This document shows positions 25,290 to 33,303 of a stretch of 34,345 nt of DNA, piece by piece. The position numbers were made by a program, and so were the translations under genes. The notes under the pieces are model-generated. The model saw nothing but the letters and a program-made list of their open reading frames with translations, ran no database searches and had not been told where the DNA came from. Source of the stretch: Mycobacteriales bacterium (lineage in GTDB: Bacteria > Actinomycetota > Actinomycetes > Mycobacteriales > SCTD01); NCBI GenBank assembly GCA_046596735.1, contig JBKJLP010000260.1, positions 1 through 34,345 of the forward strand, in the 5' to 3' direction. Every line of letters begins with the position of its first letter. The stretch's first letter is position 1.

Positions 25290-25852
25290 GCGGGGGTTCC
25301 TCCAGGGAGCAGGCGGTCAACGAGGTGAGCGATCTGGCGAGCCGTCACATCGGCAGGAGCCGCCGGCGTGACGATGTGGCTGACGGTGAGGCGGACGACG
25401 GTGTCGGCGACGAAGTGCAGGTCGCCCTCGGGCAGGTCGCTCCAGTGGTTGCGCAGGTAGGCCACGTGCCGCTCCGTGACCGCGGCAATGAGCGCCTCGG
25501 ACCGGGTGGTGAGGAACGGCAGCAAACCGTCGCTGCCGTCGTCGGTGAGCACCGCCTTGATCAACGGGTCGTCTGCAGCGGTGCGCAGCGTCCAGGCGGT
25601 CGAGGCCGCGACGGCTTCCGAGGGCGTGCCCTCGGAGCCGGTGAGCTCGGCCTCTGAGCCGTCGACAAAGCGGGCGGCCTCCCGCAGCGCGAGAGCCTGG
25701 GCGAGGCCGTCCTTGGTACCGAACTCGGTGTAGAGCGTCTGTCGGCTCACCCCTGCCGCAGCAGCGACATCGGCCATCCGCGCCCGTGACCAGCCGACAG
25801 TGACGGCAGCGTCGTACGCCGCGTCCAGGAGGGCCGTACGGATCGGTGACAC
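25286..25852 (-). CDS. TetR/AcrR-family transcriptional regulator
   Basis: The N-terminal HTH is ARMADVAAAAGVSRQTLYTEFGTKDGL. The size is about 188 aa. The GTG start is at 25852. Confidence 0.88.
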   Translation of the reverse strand: MSPIRTALLDAAYDAAVTVGWSRARMADVAAAAGVSRQTLYTEFGTKDGLAQALALREAARFVDGSEAELTGSEGTPSEAVAASTAWTLRTAADDPLIKAVLTDDGSDGLLPFLTTRSEALIAAVTERHVAYLRNHWSDLPEGDLHFVADTVVRLTVSHIVTPAAPADVTARQIAHLVDRLLPGGTPA

Positions 25853-25859
25853 AGGTCAC
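25846..25859. promoter_or_regulatory. Short inverted repeat overlapping the TetR start codon (possible operator)
   Basis: The repeat is GTGAC-ACAG-GTCAC. A TTGACA hexamer lies on the minus strand at 25884-25889, about 32 nt upstream of the GTG start. This would imply a leaderless or near-leaderless transcript. I could not find a good -10 hexamer. Confidence 0.25.
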
Positions 25860-25896
25860 ATGCTTTACATAAACGACCGTGGTGTCAAGTAGGCGT

Positions 25897-28695
25897 TCAG
25901 AAGGCTGACGGCAACACACCACTGCGGGCGATGGCCCGCTCGTCGGTGCCGAGGTAGGACGCGATGACCGCCGGGTCGTCGCGGACCTGCAGAGGACTAC
26001 CCACCGCCAGCGTCTTCCCGATCGCCAGGCATTGCACCCGGTCGCTGATCGACATCACCAACGGGATGTCGTGTTCGACGATGACGAGCGTCGCGGACAA
26101 CTCGTCGCGGATCCGCAGCAGCAAGGGACCGAACACCTCGGTCTCGCGCTGGGCGAGCCCCGCGGTCGGCTCATCCAGCAGCAGCACCCGGGCGTCCTGC
26201 GCCAGCAAGCAGGCCAGCTCGACGATCCGGCGCGTGCCCGTCGACAGGGTGCGCACGGAAACGTCGGCGTAGCGGTCCAGCCCGAGCAAGCCGATCGCGT
26301 CGCGGGCGACCGCCTGCTTGCGCCGCTCCCCCGTGCGGGCTGGCGGCAGGCCCAGCATCGAGGGGACCAGTTCGGCCCGCTCCCGCGATTCCAGCGCGAC
26401 CAGCACCGACTCGCGCACGGTCAGGTCATCGAACAGCCGGGCGTCCTGAAAGATCCGACCCAGACCCAGCCGGGCCCGCAGGTGGGCAGGCACGCCGGTG
26501 ACGTCCTGACCGAGCAGGCTGACCGTGCCGGCATCGGCGCTGACGAACCCTGAGGCGACGCCGAGCAGGGTCGACTTGCCCGCCCCGTTGGCACCGATCA
26601 GCCCGAGCACCTCGCCGGGGTGGACGACAAGGTCGACCCCGTCGAGCGCGGTACGGCCGCCGAAGTGCACGCCGATGCCGCGCAGCGACAGGACTGGGCC
26701 GGGCGGCATCGGCACCAGGGCGTTGTGGCGCAGGCTTCGTACGACCGCGGGCGGCCGCGGTGGCGGGATCGTGCGGCCGCGCGCGAGCGCGCCGAGAATC
26801 GCGTTGCGGCCGAGCTGGAGCAGCGACCTGAGTCCTCCGGGCAGGTAGAGCAGGAGCAGGAGCAGCCCGATGCTGCTCGTGAGCAGTCGGACCACGTCGC
26901 CGCCGCCAAACAGCGCCGGAATGCCGAAGACGTAGGCCGCCCCGAGCACCGCTCCCGACACGCTGCCCACCCCGCCGATCATCACCAGCGCGACGACGGT
27001 GAGGGAGTCGTACACGGAGAACTGCGTATAGCCGACCGAGCGCTCCAGGCCGGCGAACATCGCACCGGCGAAGGAGGCCAGCCCACCCGAGATCGCAAAG
27101 GCCAGGAGAAGAGAGGCGACCGGCGAAACAGTGAGCGAAGCAGCTCGGTCCGGGTTGGAGCGGGCGGCGATGATCGAGCGCCCGATGCCACTGCGGCGCA
27201 ACGCTGTCACCAGCAGCGCACAGCCAGAGAGAGCCGCCAGGCACAGGTAGTAGTAGGTCGGTCCATTGCGCAGGTCGAGCCCCAGCAGCCGTCCGGGTTC
27301 GAAGGTCAGCACCTTTGCGTCGCCCACCAGGAAGCCAGCCTGGAACAACGAACTTGTGGCCGCGACGGCGAAGGCGAGCGTCGTGACAGCGAGAAACAAC
27401 CCGCGGACGAGGAGCGCTGGCAGCCCGATCACGAGCGACGCGACAACTCCCAGGATGGTCGCCTCGGCGACGGCTGCAGGGAAGGGAACCCCGCGCTGTA
27501 CGAGTGCGGCCGCCGTCATCGCCCCCAGCCCGTAGAAGGCGATCTGGCCCAGCGACAGCTGCCCAGCCCACCCAGTGAGTACGACCAAGGACAGCCCGAC
27601 GATCGCGAAGGGCGGGACGCGCGAGGCAGCCGACAGTTGGCCCGCGTCGAGCCCGAGGAGTGGCACACACAGAGCGGCGCCACCGGCGACCGTCCAGCCG
27701 ATCGCCCCGGAACGTTCGGCCCACCACACGCCGCGCAGGGCGGCCGGAATCGGCCGGTCTGCGGCGAACACTGCCAGCGAAGCTGCGTCAGCGCTGCGCC
27801 CCCCACGTCCGTCGCGGAACGCTCGGTAGAGCACCAGGGCGAGGACCGCGAAGAACAGCGACGCATCGAGGTAACCCGTCTTGCCAGGGAAACTCACCTG
27901 CAGCACCGCGTCGGCGATGCCGATCACCACCCCGCCGACAAGGGCAAGGGGCAGAGAAACCAAGCGCCCCACCAGGGCAGCGGCGAGCGCCCGCAACAGC
28001 AACGCGGGTCCGAAGCCGATGTCGACGGAGCCGACCCGGCTGCGCAGCAAGCCGTTTGCCAGCACCACGGTAAGCACCGCGACGCCGCCGGCCAGCGCCC
28101 AGACCAACGTGGAAACCTTGCGGGTCGAGATACCGGCGAGCTCGGCCGCGTCGGCGTTGTCCGCAGCGGCCCGGACGGCGAGCCCGGTCGGCGTGCGGTT
28201 GAGGAACACCGTCAGGGCCAACACGGCTGCCGGGATCATCCCCAGGGTGAGGAAACCGGTGCCGTCGATGGTGACGCTGCCCAAGGAGACGACCCGGTCG
28301 ATGGCCTCGGGGAAGGCCGCCCCCGGAGTGGAGACGTCCGGGAGCGCGATCTGAGCGACCAGCAGTAGCTGCGAGACACCCAGGGTGGCGACCAGCAGCA
28401 CCACGCGCGGAGAGTTGGCCAGTCGACGTACGACCACCAGCTCCACCAACGCGCCGATGGCTGCACCGACCGCAATGACCACGGGTAGCGCGGCAAACCA
28501 CGGCACGCCTCCATCGATGACCATGCGGGCGAGCAGCGCAGCCCCGAAGGCACCCGTCTCAGCGTGTGCCAGGTTGACCACGCGACTGGCCCGAAAGACC
28601 AGGACCAGTCCAGCCGCCAGCACGCCGTACGACAGCCCGATGAGCAGGCCGGTCACGACGATCCCGGCAGAGAAGTCCAACCCCAGCAGCGTCAT
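25897..28695 (-). CDS. Fused branched-chain-amino-acid-type ABC transporter: LivH-like permease + LivM-like permease + LivG-like ATPase in one polypeptide
   Basis: The N-terminal part (MTLLGLDFSAGIVVTGLLIGLSYGVLAAGLVLVFRASRVVNLAHAE) is LivH-like. The middle part (GWAGQLSLGQIAFYGLGAMTAA) is LivM-like. The C-terminal part has GANGAGKSTLLG, LGRIFQDARLF, LSTGTRRIVELA and LLLDEPTAGL (an ABC ATPase, about 25897-26700). ATG 28695 lies 4 nt after the stop of the upstream binding-protein gene. The ORF extension to 28926 overlaps that gene. Confidence 0.85.
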   Translation of the reverse strand: MTLLGLDFSAGIVVTGLLIGLSYGVLAAGLVLVFRASRVVNLAHAETGAFGAALLARMVIDGGVPWFAALPVVIAVGAAIGALVELVVVRRLANSPRVVLLVATLGVSQLLLVAQIALPDVSTPGAAFPEAIDRVVSLGSVTIDGTGFLTLGMIPAAVLALTVFLNRTPTGLAVRAAADNADAAELAGISTRKVSTLVWALAGGVAVLTVVLANGLLRSRVGSVDIGFGPALLLRALAAALVGRLVSLPLALVGGVVIGIADAVLQVSFPGKTGYLDASLFFAVLALVLYRAFRDGRGGRSADAASLAVFAADRPIPAALRGVWWAERSGAIGWTVAGGAALCVPLLGLDAGQLSAASRVPPFAIVGLSLVVLTGWAGQLSLGQIAFYGLGAMTAAALVQRGVPFPAAVAEATILGVVASLVIGLPALLVRGLFLAVTTLAFAVAATSSLFQAGFLVGDAKVLTFEPGRLLGLDLRNGPTYYYLCLAALSGCALLVTALRRSGIGRSIIAARSNPDRAASLTVSPVASLLLAFAISGGLASFAGAMFAGLERSVGYTQFSVYDSLTVVALVMIGGVGSVSGAVLGAAYVFGIPALFGGGDVVRLLTSSIGLLLLLLYLPGGLRSLLQLGRNAILGALARGRTIPPPRPPAVVRSLRHNALVPMPPGPVLSLRGIGVHFGGRTALDGVDLVVHPGEVLGLIGANGAGKSTLLGVASGFVSADAGTVSLLGQDVTGVPAHLRARLGLGRIFQDARLFDDLTVRESVLVALESRERAELVPSMLGLPPARTGERRKQAVARDAIGLLGLDRYADVSVRTLSTGTRRIVELACLLAQDARVLLLDEPTAGLAQRETEVFGPLLLRIRDELSATLVIVEHDIPLVMSISDRVQCLAIGKTLAVGSPLQVRDDPAVIASYLGTDERAIARSGVLPSAF

Positions 28696-28699
28696 CCGA

Positions 28700-30334
28700 T
28701 TAGCGGAAGCGTGCGGCAAAGAGGTCGGTCTGCGGCTTCCAACACTTGCAATCCAGGAAAGCCCGCGAGATCCGCACCGCCTGCGGGGCGTCGTAGCGAT
28801 TGGCCGTGAACGACGATGGACCGTACGCCGGGTTGGCGAACGACCCGACCGACCCAACGGCGCGCACGAAGCTGGCTCGAGTCGGATTGACGCCAGCCCG
28901 CTCGAAACCCTGGCGAAGCACCTCAAGAAGACCGCAGACGGCCAGTGCGTTGAAGTAGCTGCTGTCGGCGGCGTTACGGTCGATCCTGGACCTGGTCTGC
29001 GTCTCGTACGTCCTACGGCAGGAGGCGTCGATGGCCGGCTCCGGCTTCCCCACGCGGCCCTCGCCGACGCGACCAGACGTGACGGAAAGCGCCCGCTTGA
29101 AGAAGCTGTTGTTCTGACCGTCCAGGAAGGAGTCGCCGTTCATCGCGAAGTCGAAGTCACTCACGGCGTAGGCCGGGGCGCAGCCGTTAAACCGCTCGGC
29201 ATTGCTGTTGAACTGGTCGGCGTAGAGCTCGTTGACGAGCAACAGGACGTAGTCGACTCCCTTGGTGCAGAAGTCCTGCGCAATGACCGGGAGCTGGCGT
29301 AGGGCAAGGGCGACGTCGCTGGAGGACGTCACGCCCTCAGCGGCTTGGTGGCCATGGTTTTTCAGGGCGGTCACGACCGCCTTGCTGTCGGGCTCGAGGT
29401 AGCCGTCCTCATAGAGGACCCCAACCTTTTTGCCCGTGAACTCACCGATCCGGTTGAGCTCGTTCTCCATGTTGAGCACGGTCCGCAAGGTCGACGGCTG
29501 GGTGGTGACGAGGTAGCCCTTGGCCGCGCCGTAGTAGCCGGAGACGGCACCGTCGTTGGACAGGAACGGCAGTTTCTGGTCGACCGCGCACTTGAGGATC
29601 GGGTCGCCGTAGACGCCCAAGACCTGCAAGACCGCGAAGACCCGGTCGGTCTGCCCGAAGGACGTGCACGCGTCGCGCATCGTCTGCTGGTCGGTGATGT
29701 CCACCTTGCGGTACGTGACCTTGAGGGTGCGACCCCCGATCCCTCCCTTGGCGTTGGTGCCGTTGACGTAAGCGTTGACGTAGGCCATCTGTGACGCGAC
29801 GTCGTAGCCGGGGACCGTCGCCCCGACGTCGCTGGCACGACCGAAGTCGATGAGGAACGCACCGACCGTCAACGTCGTGGCGGTGACGCCCTGGTCTGAC
29901 GCGGTCCGCGCGACCGAGCCACCCCCGCGCGACCCGCCGGTGCTCGATCCGCCGGATCCAGTGGCGCTGCCGGCCGGACCGCTCCCTGACGCCGATCCAG
30001 CAGCGCCAGCAGAGCCTCCCGAGCCGGTCGCAAGCCCACTCCCGCCAGCCAACAGTCCGGTGACGTCGCCACCCAGAGCCGCCGGACCCGTCGCCGGGCT
30101 GCCCGGCGCGGCAACGCCACCGTCGAGCGGCGCGCCCGGGGCGAAGCTGCTCGGACCGCCTGCGGCGAGACTGCCGTCGCTGTTGCTGCTGGGTCGATCA
30201 CCGATCGCCAGCGGGATGCCGACGGACACGGCGAGCAGCGTAGAGACGGCGCCGGCGAGGAAGGCGTACGTACGCCCGCGGCCGGGAAGCGGTGGTAGTT
30301 GGGGTGCCGGCGCTGGCGGCATGGACTCGGTCAC
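28700..30334 (-). CDS. ABC transporter substrate-binding protein (LivK/Peripla_BP_6 type) with N-terminal TM anchor and long Gly/Ser/Ala-rich tether
   Basis: The TM anchor is YAFLAGAVSTLLAVSVGIPLAI. A roughly 100-aa low-complexity segment (GGSGLATGSGGSAGAAGSASGSGPAGSATGSGGSSTGGSRGGG) follows. Then comes a type-I periplasmic binding fold with GGIGGRTLKVTYRKVD, VFAVLQVLG and KVGVLYEDG. The GTG start forms a GTGA overlap with the upstream gene. Confidence 0.8.
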   Translation of the reverse strand: MTESMPPAPAPQLPPLPGRGRTYAFLAGAVSTLLAVSVGIPLAIGDRPSSNSDGSLAAGGPSSFAPGAPLDGGVAAPGSPATGPAALGGDVTGLLAGGSGLATGSGGSAGAAGSASGSGPAGSATGSGGSSTGGSRGGGSVARTASDQGVTATTLTVGAFLIDFGRASDVGATVPGYDVASQMAYVNAYVNGTNAKGGIGGRTLKVTYRKVDITDQQTMRDACTSFGQTDRVFAVLQVLGVYGDPILKCAVDQKLPFLSNDGAVSGYYGAAKGYLVTTQPSTLRTVLNMENELNRIGEFTGKKVGVLYEDGYLEPDSKAVVTALKNHGHQAAEGVTSSSDVALALRQLPVIAQDFCTKGVDYVLLLVNELYADQFNSNAERFNGCAPAYAVSDFDFAMNGDSFLDGQNNSFFKRALSVTSGRVGEGRVGKPEPAIDASCRRTYETQTRSRIDRNAADSSYFNALAVCGLLEVLRQGFERAGVNPTRASFVRAVGSVGSFANPAYGPSSFTANRYDAPQAVRISRAFLDCKCWKPQTDLFAARFR

Positions 30335-30975
30335 GAAGTACTCCTCAGCGGGGTCAGGGACACGCGGTAGGACTGGGTGGATCCGCCCGGTACGGCGGCG
30401 ACGGCGAAGCCACGCGGATCGTTACGGGCAGTGAAACGGCTCAGGTCGAACGTGTAGCGGCCGCCCGCACCGAGCACACCGGGCGCGCACGCTCCAGCGT
30501 CGAAGGGCACGGCCGGCCCTGGACGCCCCGCGCGCCAGTCGGCGGTCCTGTTGCGGCAGGCCTGCAGGCTGGGGCTGCTCGGACCGGACGAGCCGTCCGG
30601 CGACGCGACGAGGACGAGGCGGCTCTGGTTGCCGGCAAGGCGTACGTACGAGGTCGTGGTCGGCACGCCTTTGTCGACAGCCACCGGAAGCGCCCCGACG
30701 GGCACCCGCGCGCCGTCCGTGGTGCCGCTCGTCGCGAAGCCGCTCTCGACCACGCGTAGGCCCACGTCCTGAGGGCCCACCGCCGCGGCCGGGTCAGGCG
30801 TGATCGACGCAACAGGGGCCGCAACGGGTTCGGCCTGAGCCACCAGGCGGTGGCGTTGGTCGAGGACCGGTGGCAGTGACGTGGCCAGCAGAACGCCACC
30901 CAGGACGATTCCCAGCGACAGGGTCCAGGCCTGGCCAGACGTGAGGCCGAGGCGGCGTAGGTAAGGCTCGATCAT
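30331..30975 (-). CDS. Membrane-anchored hypothetical protein (no recognisable domain)
   Basis: There is a single N-terminal TM (WTLSLGIVLGGVLLATSL). An extracytoplasmic beta-rich region with two Cys follows. 4-nt overlaps are present at both ends: ATGA with the MFS-ATPase gene and GTGA with the binding-protein gene. G/C-rich third codon positions support coding. Confidence 0.6.
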   Translation of the reverse strand: MIEPYLRRLGLTSGQAWTLSLGIVLGGVLLATSLPPVLDQRHRLVAQAEPVAAPVASITPDPAAAVGPQDVGLRVVESGFATSGTTDGARVPVGALPVAVDKGVPTTTSYVRLAGNQSRLVLVASPDGSSGPSSPSLQACRNRTADWRAGRPGPAVPFDAGACAPGVLGAGGRYTFDLSRFTARNDPRGFAVAAVPGGSTQSYRVSLTPLRSTS

Positions 30976-33263
30976 GACTGGACCCCGCCGAGGAAGACCG
31001 CGCGGGCGAGGTCGTCGCGGGCCAGCAGTTCGGCCGCCGAGCCAGCGAAGCGGATCTGACCCTTCTCCATGAACACGGCCCGATCCGCGACCGAGAGCGC
31101 CACGTTGAGCGACTGCTCCACGAGCACCATCGTGACGCCCTGCGCCTTGAGCCGCTCGACGACGACGAGCAGGTCCTGCACGACTACGGGAGCGAGCCCG
31201 AGAGACAACTCATCGATGAGCAGCAGACGGGGCCGCAGCAGCAGTGCCTTTCCGATCGCGAGCATCTGTTGTTCGCCGCCGGACAGGGATCCCGCACGCT
31301 GATCGAACCGCTCCCCCAGCCGGGGCAGCAGAGCCACGACCTCCTCGACGCGGGACCTGATCTCGACCCGGTCCCAGCCGAACCGATGCGCGCCGGCCAG
31401 CAGGTTCTCCGCGACGGTCAGGGACGCGAAGACGGCCTTGCCGCCAGGCACCTGCACGATGCCGAGACCGACCCGGGTCACCGCGTCGGTAAACGTCATG
31501 GTCCGGCCGTCGAGGCGCAGCACGCCCCGCGACGGGGTGAGCAGGCCCGACACCGCGCGCAGCAGCGTCGACTTACCGGAGCCGTTGGTGCCGAGCAGAG
31601 CCAGCACCTCGCCCTCGCGCACGTCCAGGTCGACGCCGAATAACACCTGCACCGGTCCATAACCGGCGTCCAGATTGCGCACCTGCAAGACCGGCACCTC
31701 GCCGCCGGCGCGAACCCGCACTGCCTCCGCCTGCTCCTCTTTGACCTCTTCGACGGTCAGTGACAGGTCCCGTCGGGCGAAGCGGGCGCCATAGGCCGTC
31801 AGCGCCGCCGCTCCCAGCGAGGCTGGGACACTCACGACCACGAGGGCCGTACGCGGACCGTAGGCGTCGCTGACCAAGCCGGTGATGACGTTGCCCAGCA
31901 ATCCCCCCAGCAGCAGGATGTAGATCCCCAGCAGGGCATAGCCCAGGGTTCGCAGCCGGGTCGGGACGACCGCCGCGACGAACACGTAGACCGGCACCAG
32001 CCCGAGCTGCAGGAAGAGCTTGGCGACGCCCATACCGGCGACGAGCCCGACGACGCCGCCGGGCAGGTGCAGCGCGATCGGCAACAACACCGCGAAGGCC
32101 GCAGACGATCCGGCCATGAACAACACCGCCTTGGGTGGGCTCTGTCGGAAGAGCCGATCGCCGATCACGCCGCCGGTGATGACGCCAATCAGTGACACCG
32201 CCTCGACCGCCGCCACCGCGTAGCCGCGCTCGAGGGCGTCCAATCCGTAGGACCGCTCGAGCAGCAGACCGAAGTACGTGGGGACGCTGGTGATCGAAAA
32301 GCCCAGCACCCCGACGCCAACGAGCAGGAAGAACAGCGTGCGGATGGACAGCAACCGCTGCACAGCGGGCCCCAAGGCCACCGGGGGTTCAGTGATCCGG
32401 TCCCCCGCGAGCCGCTCGGCCTCCTCCTCGCCGAGGACGGCCGCCAGGTCACCCCGGCCGCGGGCCGGTTCGCGCAGCCGCAGGGCGGCGAGCCCGGCGG
32501 CGAGGGACAACACCCCAAGGACGACGTACGCGGCCCGCCACCCCTCGTTCCCGCCGGCCACCGCGGCGATGCCGCCGGCGAGCAGCGGACCGACGATGTA
32601 GCCGAGCGAGGGCATGAGGTTGTGCACCGAGAAGACCTTGGCCCGCCCGCGCAGCGGGTAGGCGTCGGCGAGCAGCGAGGAGTTGACCGGCAGGATGCTG
32701 GCCTGGCCGGCCCCGGTCACGAGCCGGGCAGCCGCGAGCTGCCACACCGCCTGCACGGTCCCGGTCAGCACCGTGGCGACCGCGGCAACGGACGCGCAGG
32801 CAGCCGTCAGTCGGGTGCGACTCACCCGGTCGCCCAGGATCCCCAGGGGGATGGCTCCGACGACGAAGGTCAGTGCGGCCAGGCTTGCCACGACCCCGAG
32901 CCCGGTGTCGGACAGGCCGAGCGAGCGCTGGATGTCCGGACCGAGCACGGACAGCGCAGCACTGCCGGCATAGTCGAGCAGGTTGAGCAGCGACAGCACG
33001 AGCAGCAGCCCGAGCCCGCCCGCAGCCACCGTCTCGCGCAGGCTGAGTGCCGCACCGCCCACCCCGGGCAGCAGGTCGTCGGGTAGCTCCACGACCTCGG
33101 GCGATGGATCGCCCGAGGAGGCACGGTCCCGCGCGGACTCAGCGGCAAGAAGCGCCACGGTCAGACTCGCCGGATCCTGCGCCGACGGCTCCGTACCCAC
33201 GGCAGCATCGAGCTGCGTCGAGGTCACGGCGATGGCTCCGTCAGGTCGGTGGTGGTCGGACAA
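30972..33263 (-). CDS. MFS transporter domain fused to a LivF-type ABC ATPase domain
   Basis: After an N-terminal cytoplasmic extension of about 75 aa there is a roughly 12-TM MFS region with motif A (GILGDRVSRTRL). A charged linker (EEVKEEQAEAVR) follows. The C-terminal ATPase has LQVRNLDAGYGPVQVLFGVDLDV, GTNGSGKSTLLRA, LSGGEQQMLAIGKAL and LLLIDELSLGLAP (about 30972-31695). The start (TTG 33263) is uncertain. Confidence 0.8.
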   Translation of the reverse strand: MSDHHRPDGAIAVTSTQLDAAVGTEPSAQDPASLTVALLAAESARDRASSGDPSPEVVELPDDLLPGVGGAALSLRETVAAGGLGLLLVLSLLNLLDYAGSAALSVLGPDIQRSLGLSDTGLGVVASLAALTFVVGAIPLGILGDRVSRTRLTAACASVAAVATVLTGTVQAVWQLAAARLVTGAGQASILPVNSSLLADAYPLRGRAKVFSVHNLMPSLGYIVGPLLAGGIAAVAGGNEGWRAAYVVLGVLSLAAGLAALRLREPARGRGDLAAVLGEEEAERLAGDRITEPPVALGPAVQRLLSIRTLFFLLVGVGVLGFSITSVPTYFGLLLERSYGLDALERGYAVAAVEAVSLIGVITGGVIGDRLFRQSPPKAVLFMAGSSAAFAVLLPIALHLPGGVVGLVAGMGVAKLFLQLGLVPVYVFVAAVVPTRLRTLGYALLGIYILLLGGLLGNVITGLVSDAYGPRTALVVVSVPASLGAAALTAYGARFARRDLSLTVEEVKEEQAEAVRVRAGGEVPVLQVRNLDAGYGPVQVLFGVDLDVREGEVLALLGTNGSGKSTLLRAVSGLLTPSRGVLRLDGRTMTFTDAVTRVGLGIVQVPGGKAVFASLTVAENLLAGAHRFGWDRVEIRSRVEEVVALLPRLGERFDQRAGSLSGGEQQMLAIGKALLLRPRLLLIDELSLGLAPVVVQDLLVVVERLKAQGVTMVLVEQSLNVALSVADRAVFMEKGQIRFAGSAAELLARDDLARAVFLGGVQS

Positions 33264-33303
33264 GTCTCGCAGTCCTTCGTCCCGACCAGCCTGTACGGAT
33301 GGC

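Noticed and set aside
28696-28926. N-terminal extensions of ORF-track calls. These are 28696-28926, 16212-16352, 14716-14817, 8147-8386, 5032-5235 and 18266-18280.
   Set aside because: Each extension overlaps the 3' end of the upstream gene and encodes Arg-rich low-complexity sequence. Each is replaced by an internal ATG/GTG that forms a 4-nt overlap or short gap with the upstream stop. Family alignments (LivH, Wzx, GT4, NodB, hydrolase) begin at the internal start.
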